DNA of 37,577 nt from a virus (IMGVR_UViG_2935054407_000002:1-37577); one strand, 5' to 3'; positions 15,917 through 23,771 are shown, numbered from the stretch's first letter. A program made the numbers and translations. Notes: generated by a model from the sequence alone, not told the origin.

Positions 15917-15947
15917 GAAGCCCTCGCCCATCCCGGGTGGGGGCTTC
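15917..15947 (+). terminator. Hairpin immediately after the last repeat
   Basis: gaagccc...gggcttc with inner cgccc/gggtg. Confidence 0.55.
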
Positions 15948-16007
15948 GTCATACCGGACGGGTATAGCCGGTAACTCCTGATGCGGCTGGGGCGATGGGT
16001 GATCGTT

Positions 16008-16038
16008 GGTCCCGGCTCCGGCGAGGGGAGCCGGGACC
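16008..16038 (-). terminator. Terminator-like hairpin after XRE/TPR regulator
   Basis: Perfect 12-bp stem ggtcccggctcc/ggagccgggacc. Confidence 0.65.
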
Positions 16039-16050
16039 CCGCCGTTAGGT

Positions 16051-17457
16051 TCAAGCAAGCGCGGTCGCGAGCTCCCGGACGCCCGTCACACGCGGGTGCT
16101 TCGCCGTGAGAGCATCAGCGATCTCCCGGATCTTGGGCCGGTCACGCACCTCGCTCGGCGCCACCGCGAGCGCCGCCCGAAGCGCGGACACCGTCTCCTC
16201 CGCCCGGCCATCCAGCCACCAAGCCCGCGCCAGGTCAGTGTGCAAGCGCCCTTGCCGCTCCGGCGTCGGGTACATATCCGGCCGTAGCTCCTGGCCCACG
16301 CCCAGCGCCGCCTTGGGGTCCCCGAGGGAGTAATGGATGTTCATCCTGTACATCCTTGTGAACGGCCCAGCCTCGGGCTTACCCGTCAGAGCAGCCAGGC
16401 GAGCGGCGACACGTTCGGCCTCGGCGAGTCGCGCAAACGCTTCCTCCTCGTCGCCGGCCTGGCTCTTGGTGTAGGCGGAGGTGCACATCAGCCGCAGGTA
16501 CATGCCCATCTGGGAGGCGGTGCGCAGCCCCATGACGTCCAGGGTGTCGGCGGCCCGCTCGACCACCTTCGTCGCCGCGGCGTGGCGCCCGCTGGTGCGC
16601 AGCATCATCCCCATCGCTCGGGCCGACGCCGCCATCGCCACAGGGTCCATGGACCGTTGCGCGTACAGCACTCCCCGGTCGGCGGTGATTCGCGCGGTCT
16701 CTTTCCTGCCGACCTTGTTCAGGGTGTCGGTCGCCAGGTTGTAGCAGCCAGCCAGCATCGCCCACCCGGCTGGGGTGTCGGCTCGTTCGGCGGTGTCGAG
16801 GGCGGCGGCGAGCATGGCCGGGAAGCCGCCCAGCAGGGGTGTGAGTGCGGAGACGTCGAATTGGCTGCGCGCGGTCCGTAGTCGTTGTTGGATCTCGGCG
16901 AGGCTCGCAGTGCGTCCTACTTCGGCGGGGGCCGCGAGGGCGTCTTCGAGGTTCAACAGCAGGTGCAGCGGGACGGACAGTCCCACGGCCTTGATCAGTG
17001 TGCGTCGCTGCATGGGGTCTTCCCTTTCGTCGCTACTCTCGTCTTCACCCACGGTAACGACGACAGTCAATGGTGTCGGAGAAGCCGCGCAGCACCGTTG
17101 CACATGAGCGTGCAGCCCGAGCTGATCCGGGTGGGCCCCGTAGGCGCGGGCGAACATCACCGTGTACTCCGGGCCCGGCCGGTCCTGCCCGTGCTCATAC
17201 CGGCACAACATCGCCTCCGACAAGGCGGTCGGTTGCAGCCCGTCAGCGAGGTAGAGCTCGCCAACCTTGGCGACGGTCCGAGCGCGGGACCACCCCAGCG
17301 CCAGCCGCCACGCCTCCAGCGGCAGCACCTCTGGGCAGGTGGTGCGAATGGCGGTGACGATCCGCTCCGCCGGCCATCCGTTCCGCTGCCCGCGCATGCG
17401 CAGGGCGGTCGCCTCGCGTCGGATCTGTGCACGCCTTGATCTGGTGATCTGCCCCAT
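16051..17457 (-). CDS. XRE-type HTH regulator with C-terminal helical (TPR-like) domain
   Basis: PLEAWRLALGWS, LCRYEHGQDRPGPEY HTH motifs; MQRRTLIKA internal motif; helical C-terminus; GGAGG before ATG 17457. Confidence 0.85.
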   Translation of the reverse strand: MGQITRSRRAQIRREATALRMRGQRNGWPAERIVTAIRTTCPEVLPLEAWRLALGWSRARTVAKVGELYLADGLQPTALSEAMLCRYEHGQDRPGPEYTVMFARAYGAHPDQLGLHAHVQRCCAASPTPLTVVVTVGEDESSDEREDPMQRRTLIKAVGLSVPLHLLLNLEDALAAPAEVGRTASLAEIQQRLRTARSQFDVSALTPLLGGFPAMLAAALDTAERADTPAGWAMLAGCYNLATDTLNKVGRKETARITADRGVLYAQRSMDPVAMAASARAMGMMLRTSGRHAAATKVVERAADTLDVMGLRTASQMGMYLRLMCTSAYTKSQAGDEEEAFARLAEAERVAARLAALTGKPEAGPFTRMYRMNIHYSLGDPKAALGVGQELRPDMYPTPERQGRLHTDLARAWWLDGRAEETVSALRAALAVAPSEVRDRPKIREIADALTAKHPRVTGVRELATALA

Positions 17458-17627
17458 GAGGCCGCCTCCGCGGTTCACGAACGCCGACAAGTGAACCGTA
17501 ACTGAATCGCCACTCACCGTGAAGTGATGTGCGGGTCATTGACCCCCACCCGCAATGACCACGCACCCCCCGGCAGCCACTGTGAAAGGAGCAAACCACC
17601 CGGCACCACCGACTAGGAGGACCCCCA

Positions 17628-18095
17628 ATGACCGTCATCCTCGACCGGCCCGCCACCACCCCCCGCACCCTCATCAGCCCCGCCCTGTTCGACCGGCTGA
17701 CCAAGCGGATCCGCGCCGACCACCCCGCCCACGCTCACCAGGCCGACGTCATCATGGAGCAGGCGCTCGCGTTCCTCGCCGCCTGCGCCGCCCGCCCGGG
17801 AGCCCGGCTCGCGCCGTCCGAGACCGTCGACATCGGCTGGCACACCTTCATCCTCTACACCCGGGAGTACGCCGAGTTCTGCCAGCAGAACGCCGGCCGG
17901 ATCATCCACCACGCCCCCACCGACGAGGAAGGCGCCGACAGCGGCGGGTGTACGGCGGCTGACACCGTCGCCGTCATGCGCGAGCTCGGCCTGCCGGTCG
18001 TCTCCAGCCTGTGGGGGCACGCCGCGGCGTGTGAGGGCAGCGGCACCGGCAAGTGCAGCCAGTGCCACCAGGGCTGCACCGACAGCAACAAATAG
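17628..18095 (+). CDS. Glycine-rich-domain (GRDP-like) protein with Cys-rich tail
   Basis: QALAFLAACA...PSETVDIGWHTFILYTREYAEFC...IIHHAP; C-terminal CEGSGTGKCSQCHQGC; RBS aggagga. Confidence 0.78.
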   Translation: MTVILDRPATTPRTLISPALFDRLTKRIRADHPAHAHQADVIMEQALAFLAACAARPGARLAPSETVDIGWHTFILYTREYAEFCQQNAGRIIHHAPTDEEGADSGGCTAADTVAVMRELGLPVVSSLWGHAAACEGSGTGKCSQCHQGCTDSNK

Positions 18096-18132
18096 GCCAC
18101 CTACCTGGTAGAGGCGGCGTAACGTGCAGAAC

Positions 18133-19023
18133 ATGACCGAGTACCGATGGGACGACCTCCCCGCCGAGGTGCGTGCAGCGATCACGGCCGAGTGCGGGCC
18201 CATCCTGGACGTGACCTCACTGCCGGGCGGCCTCACCGCGGGACTCGCCGCACGGCTGGACACGACGACCGGGCGGGTGTTCGTCAAAGCCCTGCCCGAC
18301 TCATCGCCGTCTGCGCCGCTCTACCAGCGTGAGCGCCTCGTCGGCGCCGCACTACCCGAGGCTGTGCCCGCTCCGCGACTCCTGTGGAGCGGGCACACCG
18401 CCGACTGGATCATCCTCCTGACCGAGCACGTCAACGACGCGCGAGAAGTCGACCTCAGCCCCGGCTCCCCGGACCTCCACAGCGTCCTGGAGCTCGTCCA
18501 GGTGCTCGGCGAAACGCTCACCCCGAACCCGGGCGCCCAAGTGCCGTCCGTCATCGACAACGTGCAGTTCCTGACCCGTCGCGCTGACGCACTACTCGCC
18601 GACCCGCCTTCCGACCTGCTAGCGGCAGACGCCTACCGCCACGCCCACGGACTCCTCGACCTGGACGCGCTCACCGGATCCACGCTGCTGCACGCCGACC
18701 TCCACGAGGGCAACATCCTCGCCTGCCCGGCCAGGGTGCGGGTCATCGACTGGGGGCTCGCCTGCCAAGGCGCCGCCTGGGTAGAGACCGCCCTGGCAGT
18801 GCCCCGATTCATCCTGGCCGGCCACACACCCGAGCAAGCGGAGCAGTTGGCCGAGCGGGTACCTGCCTGGAAGGGCGCACCCGCCGACGCGGTGACCGCT
18901 TTGGCTGCCGTGTGGTCTCTGTTCCGCGAGTTCGTCGCCCGCAATGGCCCTGCCGGGATCCGGGAGTCCCGGGCCCAGGCCGCGGCAGCCGGGCGGGCAT
19001 GGGTGGAGTACCGCACCAGCTGA
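18133..19023 (+). CDS. APH/choline-kinase-fold phosphotransferase
   Basis: RVFVK, LLHADLHEGNIL (Brenner motif), VIDWG; alternative GTG start at 18124. Confidence 0.88.
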   Translation: MTEYRWDDLPAEVRAAITAECGPILDVTSLPGGLTAGLAARLDTTTGRVFVKALPDSSPSAPLYQRERLVGAALPEAVPAPRLLWSGHTADWIILLTEHVNDAREVDLSPGSPDLHSVLELVQVLGETLTPNPGAQVPSVIDNVQFLTRRADALLADPPSDLLAADAYRHAHGLLDLDALTGSTLLHADLHEGNILACPARVRVIDWGLACQGAAWVETALAVPRFILAGHTPEQAEQLAERVPAWKGAPADAVTALAAVWSLFREFVARNGPAGIRESRAQAAAAGRAWVEYRTS

Positions 19024-19037
19024 CCCCGCAGCACGAA

Positions 19038-19081
19038 GAGCGCCCCGCCGCCCTCCGCGAGGAGGACGAGCGGGGCCGCTC
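19038..19081. terminator. Bidirectional terminator-like hairpin
   Basis: gagcgccccgc...gcggggccgctc between convergent genes. Confidence 0.6.
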
Positions 19082-19084
19082 GCG

Positions 19085-19417
19085 TCAGACCTTGGCGTCT
19101 TCCTGACGTGCCTTCTGGAGCTCCCTAGCTGCCGCCTGCAGCGCCCTCCAGGCCGCGTACTGGTCACGCCGCTGGTCTTCCTGCTCCCACCAACCGTGAG
19201 CCTTCAGAGCCACGAACGCCTTGTCGCGCTCCGCTCGCGCATCGGTGAGCGCCTTCCGCTGCTTGGGCAGCTTCCTCTGCTCTTCGTCCGTCAGCGTGCC
19301 AGCGACCATAGCCACCGACGACGGCAGAGCAGCGGCAGCCTTCTCCGCCGCAGCCTCCGACGCCCAGTAGGCCAACTGCAGTTCGAGCAGGTCATGCGGG
19401 AATTCGTAGTCAGGCAC
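19085..19417 (-). CDS. Hypothetical helical protein
   Basis: 110 aa, MPDYEFPHDLLELQ...; GTG start with GGGGAG RBS. Confidence 0.7.
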   Translation of the reverse strand: MPDYEFPHDLLELQLAYWASEAAAEKAAAALPSSVAMVAGTLTDEEQRKLPKQRKALTDARAERDKAFVALKAHGWWEQEDQRRDQYAAWRALQAAARELQKARQEDAKV

Positions 19418-19510
19418 AGTGGTCTCCCCCAGGCGACGCGGTACCGGGCGATCCTACGAGAGGCACCACGAAGGGGGCGAAGCACCCCGCCGAGGCCATC
19501 CAACGCGAAA

Positions 19511-19544
19511 GAGCGCCGCCCTCCCGTCGGGGAGGGCGGCGCTC
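19511..19544 (-). terminator. Terminator-like hairpin
   Basis: Perfect 15-bp stem gagcgccgccctccc/gggagggcggcgctc. Confidence 0.7.
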
Positions 19545-19557
19545 TCGTATGTGCGGA

Positions 19558-20157
19558 CTACTTCGTCAGGGTGGGGTTGGGGGTGGCGGTTACGGTGATG
19601 GTCGGCGAGGGAGTGGGGTTTGCCGTCGGGGAAGCGGTCGCCGTCGGAGTCGGGGTGGGGTTCGTCACGGGCGGGGCGCCGTTGAAGCAGCTCCCCCACT
19701 CCAGCACGGACGGGTCCTTGGAGACGTTCTTGCAGGTGACCTGACCCTTGATGCCGGGGATGCCGAAGATCTTCTTGTCGAACGTCTGCCACTTGATGCC
19801 GGTGGCGTCCTTACCGGGGGCTCCGGTCGGGCCGGTCGCCCCAGGGACGCCGCGCGGCCCCTGCGGGCCGGTGTCGCCCTTGGGCCCCTGCGGGCCCTGA
19901 GGACCTCTCGGACCCTGCGCACCGGGCGAACTGACGTTCTCCTGCGTCTGGGTCGTCTGACCCCACCTGACCCGGATCTCGGTCGGCCGGCACTTGGCCG
20001 TGGCGTTCACGATCCGGGTGTACCTCGTCTGCTTGTGGACGCAGGCGTTGACCTCGCCGCTGGCCGAGGCCGAGTCTGCGGCGGAGGCGGACGTGATGCC
20101 GCCGAGGCCGACGACCAGGACAACGGCGGAGAGTAAGGCAGGGGTTGTGCGACGCAT
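19558..20157 (-). CDS. Secreted collagen-like protein
   Basis: Signal peptide ending SASA; 13 consecutive G-X-Y triplets; Pro/Thr-rich C-terminal tail; two Cys pairs. Confidence 0.85.
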   Translation of the reverse strand: MRRTTPALLSAVVLVVGLGGITSASAADSASASGEVNACVHKQTRYTRIVNATAKCRPTEIRVRWGQTTQTQENVSSPGAQGPRGPQGPQGPKGDTGPQGPRGVPGATGPTGAPGKDATGIKWQTFDKKIFGIPGIKGQVTCKNVSKDPSVLEWGSCFNGAPPVTNPTPTPTATASPTANPTPSPTITVTATPNPTLTK

Positions 20158-20414
20158 GAGGTCTCCAGGGGAGGTGATGTTGCCGTGGCGCGGCTGCATC
20201 AGGGTGGCAGAACGGGCGGCTTTGGACCGGGCCAATGAGCATTTGTCGCCGCTAGTCGTATATGCGGCTTACACGTGCCGTGCCCTGATCGTGGAGTCGT
20301 GGAAGCTGAACAGATCGTAGCGTTTCATCCCTCGCTAAGGGCATGTTGTACAGCGGATGCGATGAATCATGGGCAGGTCGTACAGTCTCAGGAGACCCCA
20401 CCGGAGGAGCCGCC

Positions 20415-20804
20415 ATGGCCAACGAGGATCGCCCGGATATCAGGGCTCAGCAGCTCGCCCAAGCGCGCGGAGCGCACCCGTACGGCAGTGACTACCCGGA
20501 TGCGGTCCAGGACGCGTGGAACGACCTCCTCGACTGGGAAGAGCTCCCCGCACCCGCACAGGCGGAGATCCGTGGGCTGCTCCCGTGGATCGCTTCGCAG
20601 GATTGGCCGGCCGACGTCACGGCCCCGGTGAAGCACCAGTTCAAGCGGCTACCGGATGGGCGGATCGACCACTCCGCCCATGAGGCAGAGGCCGACTTTG
20701 GCGGGCACAACGGGCCACGCTGCGAGGTCTGCGGCACCGTGTTCTGTGAACACTGCACGCCGGACCGGTACGAAGAGGAATGCCCAGGGGTGTGGGTCGA
20801 ATGA
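20415..20804 (+). CDS. Hypothetical protein with C-terminal Cys cluster
   Basis: GGAGGA RBS; CEVC...CEHC...C. Confidence 0.72.
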   Translation: MANEDRPDIRAQQLAQARGAHPYGSDYPDAVQDAWNDLLDWEELPAPAQAEIRGLLPWIASQDWPADVTAPVKHQFKRLPDGRIDHSAHEAEADFGGHNGPRCEVCGTVFCEHCTPDRYEEECPGVWVE

Positions 20805-21004
20805 GCGAGAACATCAAGGGATACGACACCGAAACACTCGGACTTCGACTCAGCCTCCTGGTCGGCTCCCTCCGAGCCAGCGGCATCCTCGACGAGGGAG
20901 GATGTATCCACCTCAACGCTGTTCCCGTCACGTCGGTTGTGGATGGGGAACTCCTCGCGAAGCTCTGCCCCAACTGCGACAAGCAGCTACCCGTACACAG
21001 CTAA
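20801..21004 (+). CDS. Small hypothetical protein with C..H / CPNC motif
   Basis: ATGA-coupled to the previous gene; followed by a hairpin. Confidence 0.65.
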   Translation: MSENIKGYDTETLGLRLSLLVGSLRASGILDEGGCIHLNAVPVTSVVDGELLAKLCPNCDKQLPVHS

Positions 21005-21005
21005 A

Positions 21006-21040
21006 GAGCGCCCGCCGTCTCCGAGGGACAGCGGGCGCTC
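21006..21040. terminator. Terminator-like hairpin
   Basis: 10-bp stem gagcgcccgc/gcgggcgctc. Confidence 0.6.
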
Positions 21041-21209
21041 GCGCACGTCGGAGACGTTTGTCCCTTACGGGAGTCAGGCCAGCGCAACGGCCCTTGGCGG
21101 AATCCCGACCGTACGGCCGCACGCCCGGTACTCCAAGACCCCAGTATGCCTCGACATGAAGTTTGATTCGTTCAATTCGCTGGCGCGAGGGGTTATCAAA
21201 CTCGCGTCG

Positions 21210-21398
21210 TCAGCGGGTTGTCTTGTACGCCAGGTCGAGGCGGACACACACCCACTCCAGCCATGCCCCCGGGATGAGATGCACGTCATGGGCCCGGGTG
21301 TAGCGGGCGACCCTTCGACCGAGCATGGCCGGGCAGTACAAAAAGTGCGCGACGGCATCGACCGCACGCCAGAAACGGACCATCACGCCTCCCAGCAT
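21210..21398 (-). CDS. Possible small hypothetical protein downstream of the tRNA-like element
   Basis: 62-aa ORF MVRFWRAVDAVAHFLYC...; no clear family. Confidence 0.4.
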   Translation of the reverse strand: MLGGVMVRFWRAVDAVAHFLYCPAMLGRRVARYTRAHDVHLIPGAWLEWVCVRLDLAYKTTR

Positions 21399-21449
21399 GC
21401 CAAGTTAAGAGGGGCCGAGCGGCCATGCCTGGCGACTCGACCCCGTAAG

Positions 21450-21528
21450 CGCTCTCGACCGGATTCGAACCGGCGTCTGCGGCTCCCCGAAGGGATGCCG
21501 CGATCCTTGGCCGCTGGACGACGAAAGC
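21450..21528 (-). ncRNA. tRNA-Glu-like cloverleaf with the anticodon loop replaced by a UUCG-capped stem
   Basis: GCTTTCG TC GTCC AGCGGCCAA GGAT C GCGGC [A TCCC TTCG GGGA] GCCGC AGAC GCCGG TTCGAAT CCGGT CGAGAGC G; all four stems pair; no 7-nt anticodon loop; no encoded CCA. Confidence 0.85.
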
Positions 21529-21529
21529 G

Positions 21530-21570
21530 CTGAGGTGAGGCTACCGGGCTCCCCGACAACCTCACCTCAG
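21530..21570 (-). terminator. Inverted repeat between the late operon and the tRNA-like element
   Basis: 11-bp arms ctgaggtgagg/cctcacctcag. Confidence 0.5.
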
Positions 21571-21583
21571 TTTCGCGTGATGC

Positions 21584-21913
21584 TTACCGCTGGGGCTCGA
21601 CCGGGTTCTCGGGGTTCTCCGGGTTCGTCGGCTCCTGCGGTGCGCCCGGGTACTCGGAGTCCAGACCCTCCAGAGTGCCCACCTTCGCCTCCAGGGCGGA
21701 GAAGTCCACCTCGGGGTTGGCCGCCTTGATGTCAGCGATGTCCTGTCGGATGCCAGCCACAGCGTTGTCGATACGGACAACGATGGCGTCGAGATCAGCC
21801 TGCTTACCCATGATGATTTCTGCCTTTCGGTTGAGTTGAGACTGCGCCCGCTCGATACGGGACAGCCGGTCGAGAATGGTTTTGAGGTTGCGAAAGAGGT
21901 CCCAGAAACGCAC
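21584..21913 (-). CDS. Coiled-coil hypothetical protein
   Basis: 109 aa with heptad pattern; GAAGGGG RBS. Confidence 0.72.
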   Translation of the reverse strand: MRFWDLFRNLKTILDRLSRIERAQSQLNRKAEIIMGKQADLDAIVVRIDNAVAGIRQDIADIKAANPEVDFSALEAKVGTLEGLDSEYPGAPQEPTNPENPENPVEPQR

Positions 21914-21948
21914 TGGTCATCACCCCTTCGAGGCGAAGACGGAGAGAC

Positions 21949-22320
21949 TCAAGCGGCGACGTCGTTCTGCGCCCGCACGAAGCCCGGCGCCGGGTCCGCA
22001 GCCGGGGTGACGGAGTTCGCGAGGACCAGCATCAGGACCATGTTCAGCGCGGCCACGATCGCGCCAGACGTCTCCTCGGTCAGGGGGAGGCCGAAGAACA
22101 CGAAGCCGGTGATGACGGTTCGCACAGCGCCAGTGAGCGCGGTGACGACGAACGGGCGGGTCATGATCGCCTCAGCCGCGGCGAACACGCCGGAGACGAT
22201 CGTCATGATCCAGCCGGCCGCCTCAGCGGTGAGACCGACGTCGGGGATCGTGACGATGACAGCCAGGACGGCGGCGATCGCTCCCAGCCAGACGACCGGT
22301 TCTCTGCCAAATATCTTCAT
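21949..22320 (-). CDS. Holin (actinophage 'IFGREP' type)
   Basis: MKIFGREPVVWLG start, four hydrophobic segments, ends VTP; downstream of the endolysin. Confidence 0.8.
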   Translation of the reverse strand: MKIFGREPVVWLGAIAAVLAVIVTIPDVGLTAEAAGWIMTIVSGVFAAAEAIMTRPFVVTALTGAVRTVITGFVFFGLPLTEETSGAIVAALNMVLMLVLANSVTPAADPAPGFVRAQNDVAA

Positions 22321-22383
22321 GTGCCCCTCCTGGGGGTCGCCCGCCGGCGCGGCGGGAAGTCGGGTGCCCAAGGTGCGGGCAGC

Positions 22384-22415
22384 AAAAAAGCCCTGGCCGG
22401 ATCGACTCAGGGCTT
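22384..22415 (-). terminator. Intrinsic terminator between endolysin and holin
   Basis: Stem aagccctg/cagggctt with T6 tract on the minus strand. Confidence 0.75.
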
Positions 22416-22526
22416 GGTCTGTGGAGGCTCAGGGGCCTCAGGGGGTGGGGCGGGCTCCGGCGCGGGCCACGAGGCGGCGGCACGGGTCAGGTACGGCAGC
22501 AGCAGGGAATGCAGGACGTCCACGGC

Positions 22527-23249
22527 TCACAGGCCGAGCAGCGCCGGCCAGGTCTTCGGCCCGACCTCGCCGTCCGGCTTCAGGTCCTCGGCCTTCTGTA
22601 GGCGCTTGACCTCAGCGACGACCTTCGGCGAGTACACGGTCGGGTCGATGGTCTTCTCGTCTAGCGTCTTCGCGTACCCGCGAGCCTTCAGCAGGAAGAA
22701 CGCCGTCTTGGCGTGCTTGCCCTTCGCGCCGGGCTTGAGCAGCGGAAGCTTCTCCACCATGACCTCCGTGTCGCGCTTCTCGGTGTAGGGCGGGTTCCAG
22801 AACCCTGCGATGACGTTCGACGCTCGGACCCGGCGCTTGCACGTGTCGCCGGTGTTGCCCTCGATCGTCTGCACGCGGCCGTCTCCGAGGTTGACCTCGA
22901 CGATGCCGACATGGTCGACGTAGGGGATCCCGTCGGAGCCCGCCCAGTCGAAGAACACGATCGCGCCCGGCTTCGCATACCGGCGGATGTTGGCCTCGGT
23001 GCCGGCGTACCAGAGCCCCAGCCGCTTCCCGTCTTCGGCGTGCCACACGGTGTAGGCCCTGTCGCCAGCGGGCAGCACGGCGCTGGCGTTGCCGGAGCTG
23101 TTCGCCCACTCGGTGATCGCCTGGTTGCACCAGGGCGCCATGAGGAACATCACGCCGTGGCGGGACGCGTAGGCCCGCGTGATCGCGTTCGGACGCCCGC
23201 TCATACCGAGAGCGCGGCGGGCAGCAACGAGCATCTCAGCGGCGCTCAC
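22527..23249 (-). CDS. Endolysin: CHAP amidase plus peptidoglycan-binding domain
   Basis: PWCNQAITEW, DHVGIVE, TIEGNT CHAP motifs; C-terminal LQKAEDLKPDGEVGPKTW PG-binding_1 motif. Confidence 0.93.
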   Translation of the reverse strand: MSAAEMLVAARRALGMSGRPNAITRAYASRHGVMFLMAPWCNQAITEWANSSGNASAVLPAGDRAYTVWHAEDGKRLGLWYAGTEANIRRYAKPGAIVFFDWAGSDGIPYVDHVGIVEVNLGDGRVQTIEGNTGDTCKRRVRASNVIAGFWNPPYTEKRDTEVMVEKLPLLKPGAKGKHAKTAFFLLKARGYAKTLDEKTIDPTVYSPKVVAEVKRLQKAEDLKPDGEVGPKTWPALLGL

Positions 23250-23431
23250 AGGGCCTCGTTCCCGTCGCCCTCGTAGATGCCCGTCGCCGGGTTGAGCACG
23301 TAGCCCAGGCCACGTAGGACGGCCTCCTCGTCAGGCTCGGTTGCCCCCCACTCGCGGGTGTCCACGCGCTCGACGACGAGCTCAGCTTCGGACCGCTCTC
23401 CCGGGGGGAACGGGTAGGGATTTTCAGCCAT
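23246..23431 (-). CDS. Small acidic hypothetical protein
   Basis: 61 aa, coupled to the endolysin start. Confidence 0.65.
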   Translation of the reverse strand: MAENPYPFPPGERSEAELVVERVDTREWGATEPDEEAVLRGLGYVLNPATGIYEGDGNEAL

Positions 23432-23771
23432 GGGGATCCTCCTTGGAGAAGGCCGCCGTCGCAGATCGCCATGCCGTCCGGTAACGCAGGAAGCTCACGA
23501 GCAGACCGATGACCATGGCGTCGACCACCATCAGCGGCACGATGCTCGCGGTCGCGTCGACCCAGGAATCCATTCGCGGTATCCATCCGCGTATGGCCAG
23601 CACAACACCGACGCGGACGTAAGCGATCCAGATGGCCAGCATCAGCCCAGAGATCAGATAAGCCGGGGAACGGATAGGCCACGACGGGCGGAACTGCGCC
23701 AAAAACCACGTCATGGGGATAAGCCCCGCAACGAGGGAAGTCCACAGCAACACTGTGGTGATCACATTCAA
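23424..23771 (-). CDS. Membrane protein of the lysis cassette (holin-like)
   Basis: Three hydrophobic segments; overlaps its neighbours. Confidence 0.7.
   Translation of the reverse strand: MNVITTVLLWTSLVAGLIPMTWFLAQFRPSWPIRSPAYLISGLMLAIWIAYVRVGVVLAIRGWIPRMDSWVDATASIVPLMVVDAMVIGLLVSFLRYRTAWRSATAAFSKEDPHG

Noticed and set aside
14483-17457. Genes flanking the array as cas genes
   Set aside because: No Cas1/2/3/5/6/7 motifs recognised; the flanks are HTH, RHH and XRE-TPR proteins.
19038-19081. ccccgc...gcgggg resembling an I-E repeat stem
   Set aside because: The arms are about 21 nt apart rather than 4, and the site lies between convergent genes; treated as a terminator.
21450-21528. Ordinary decoding tRNA, or a tRNA-derived att remnant
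   Set aside because: There is no 7-nt anticodon loop, so no anticodon can be assigned. Both halves are intact, unlike the 3'-only fragments left by integration, and no duplicate half is seen in the window.
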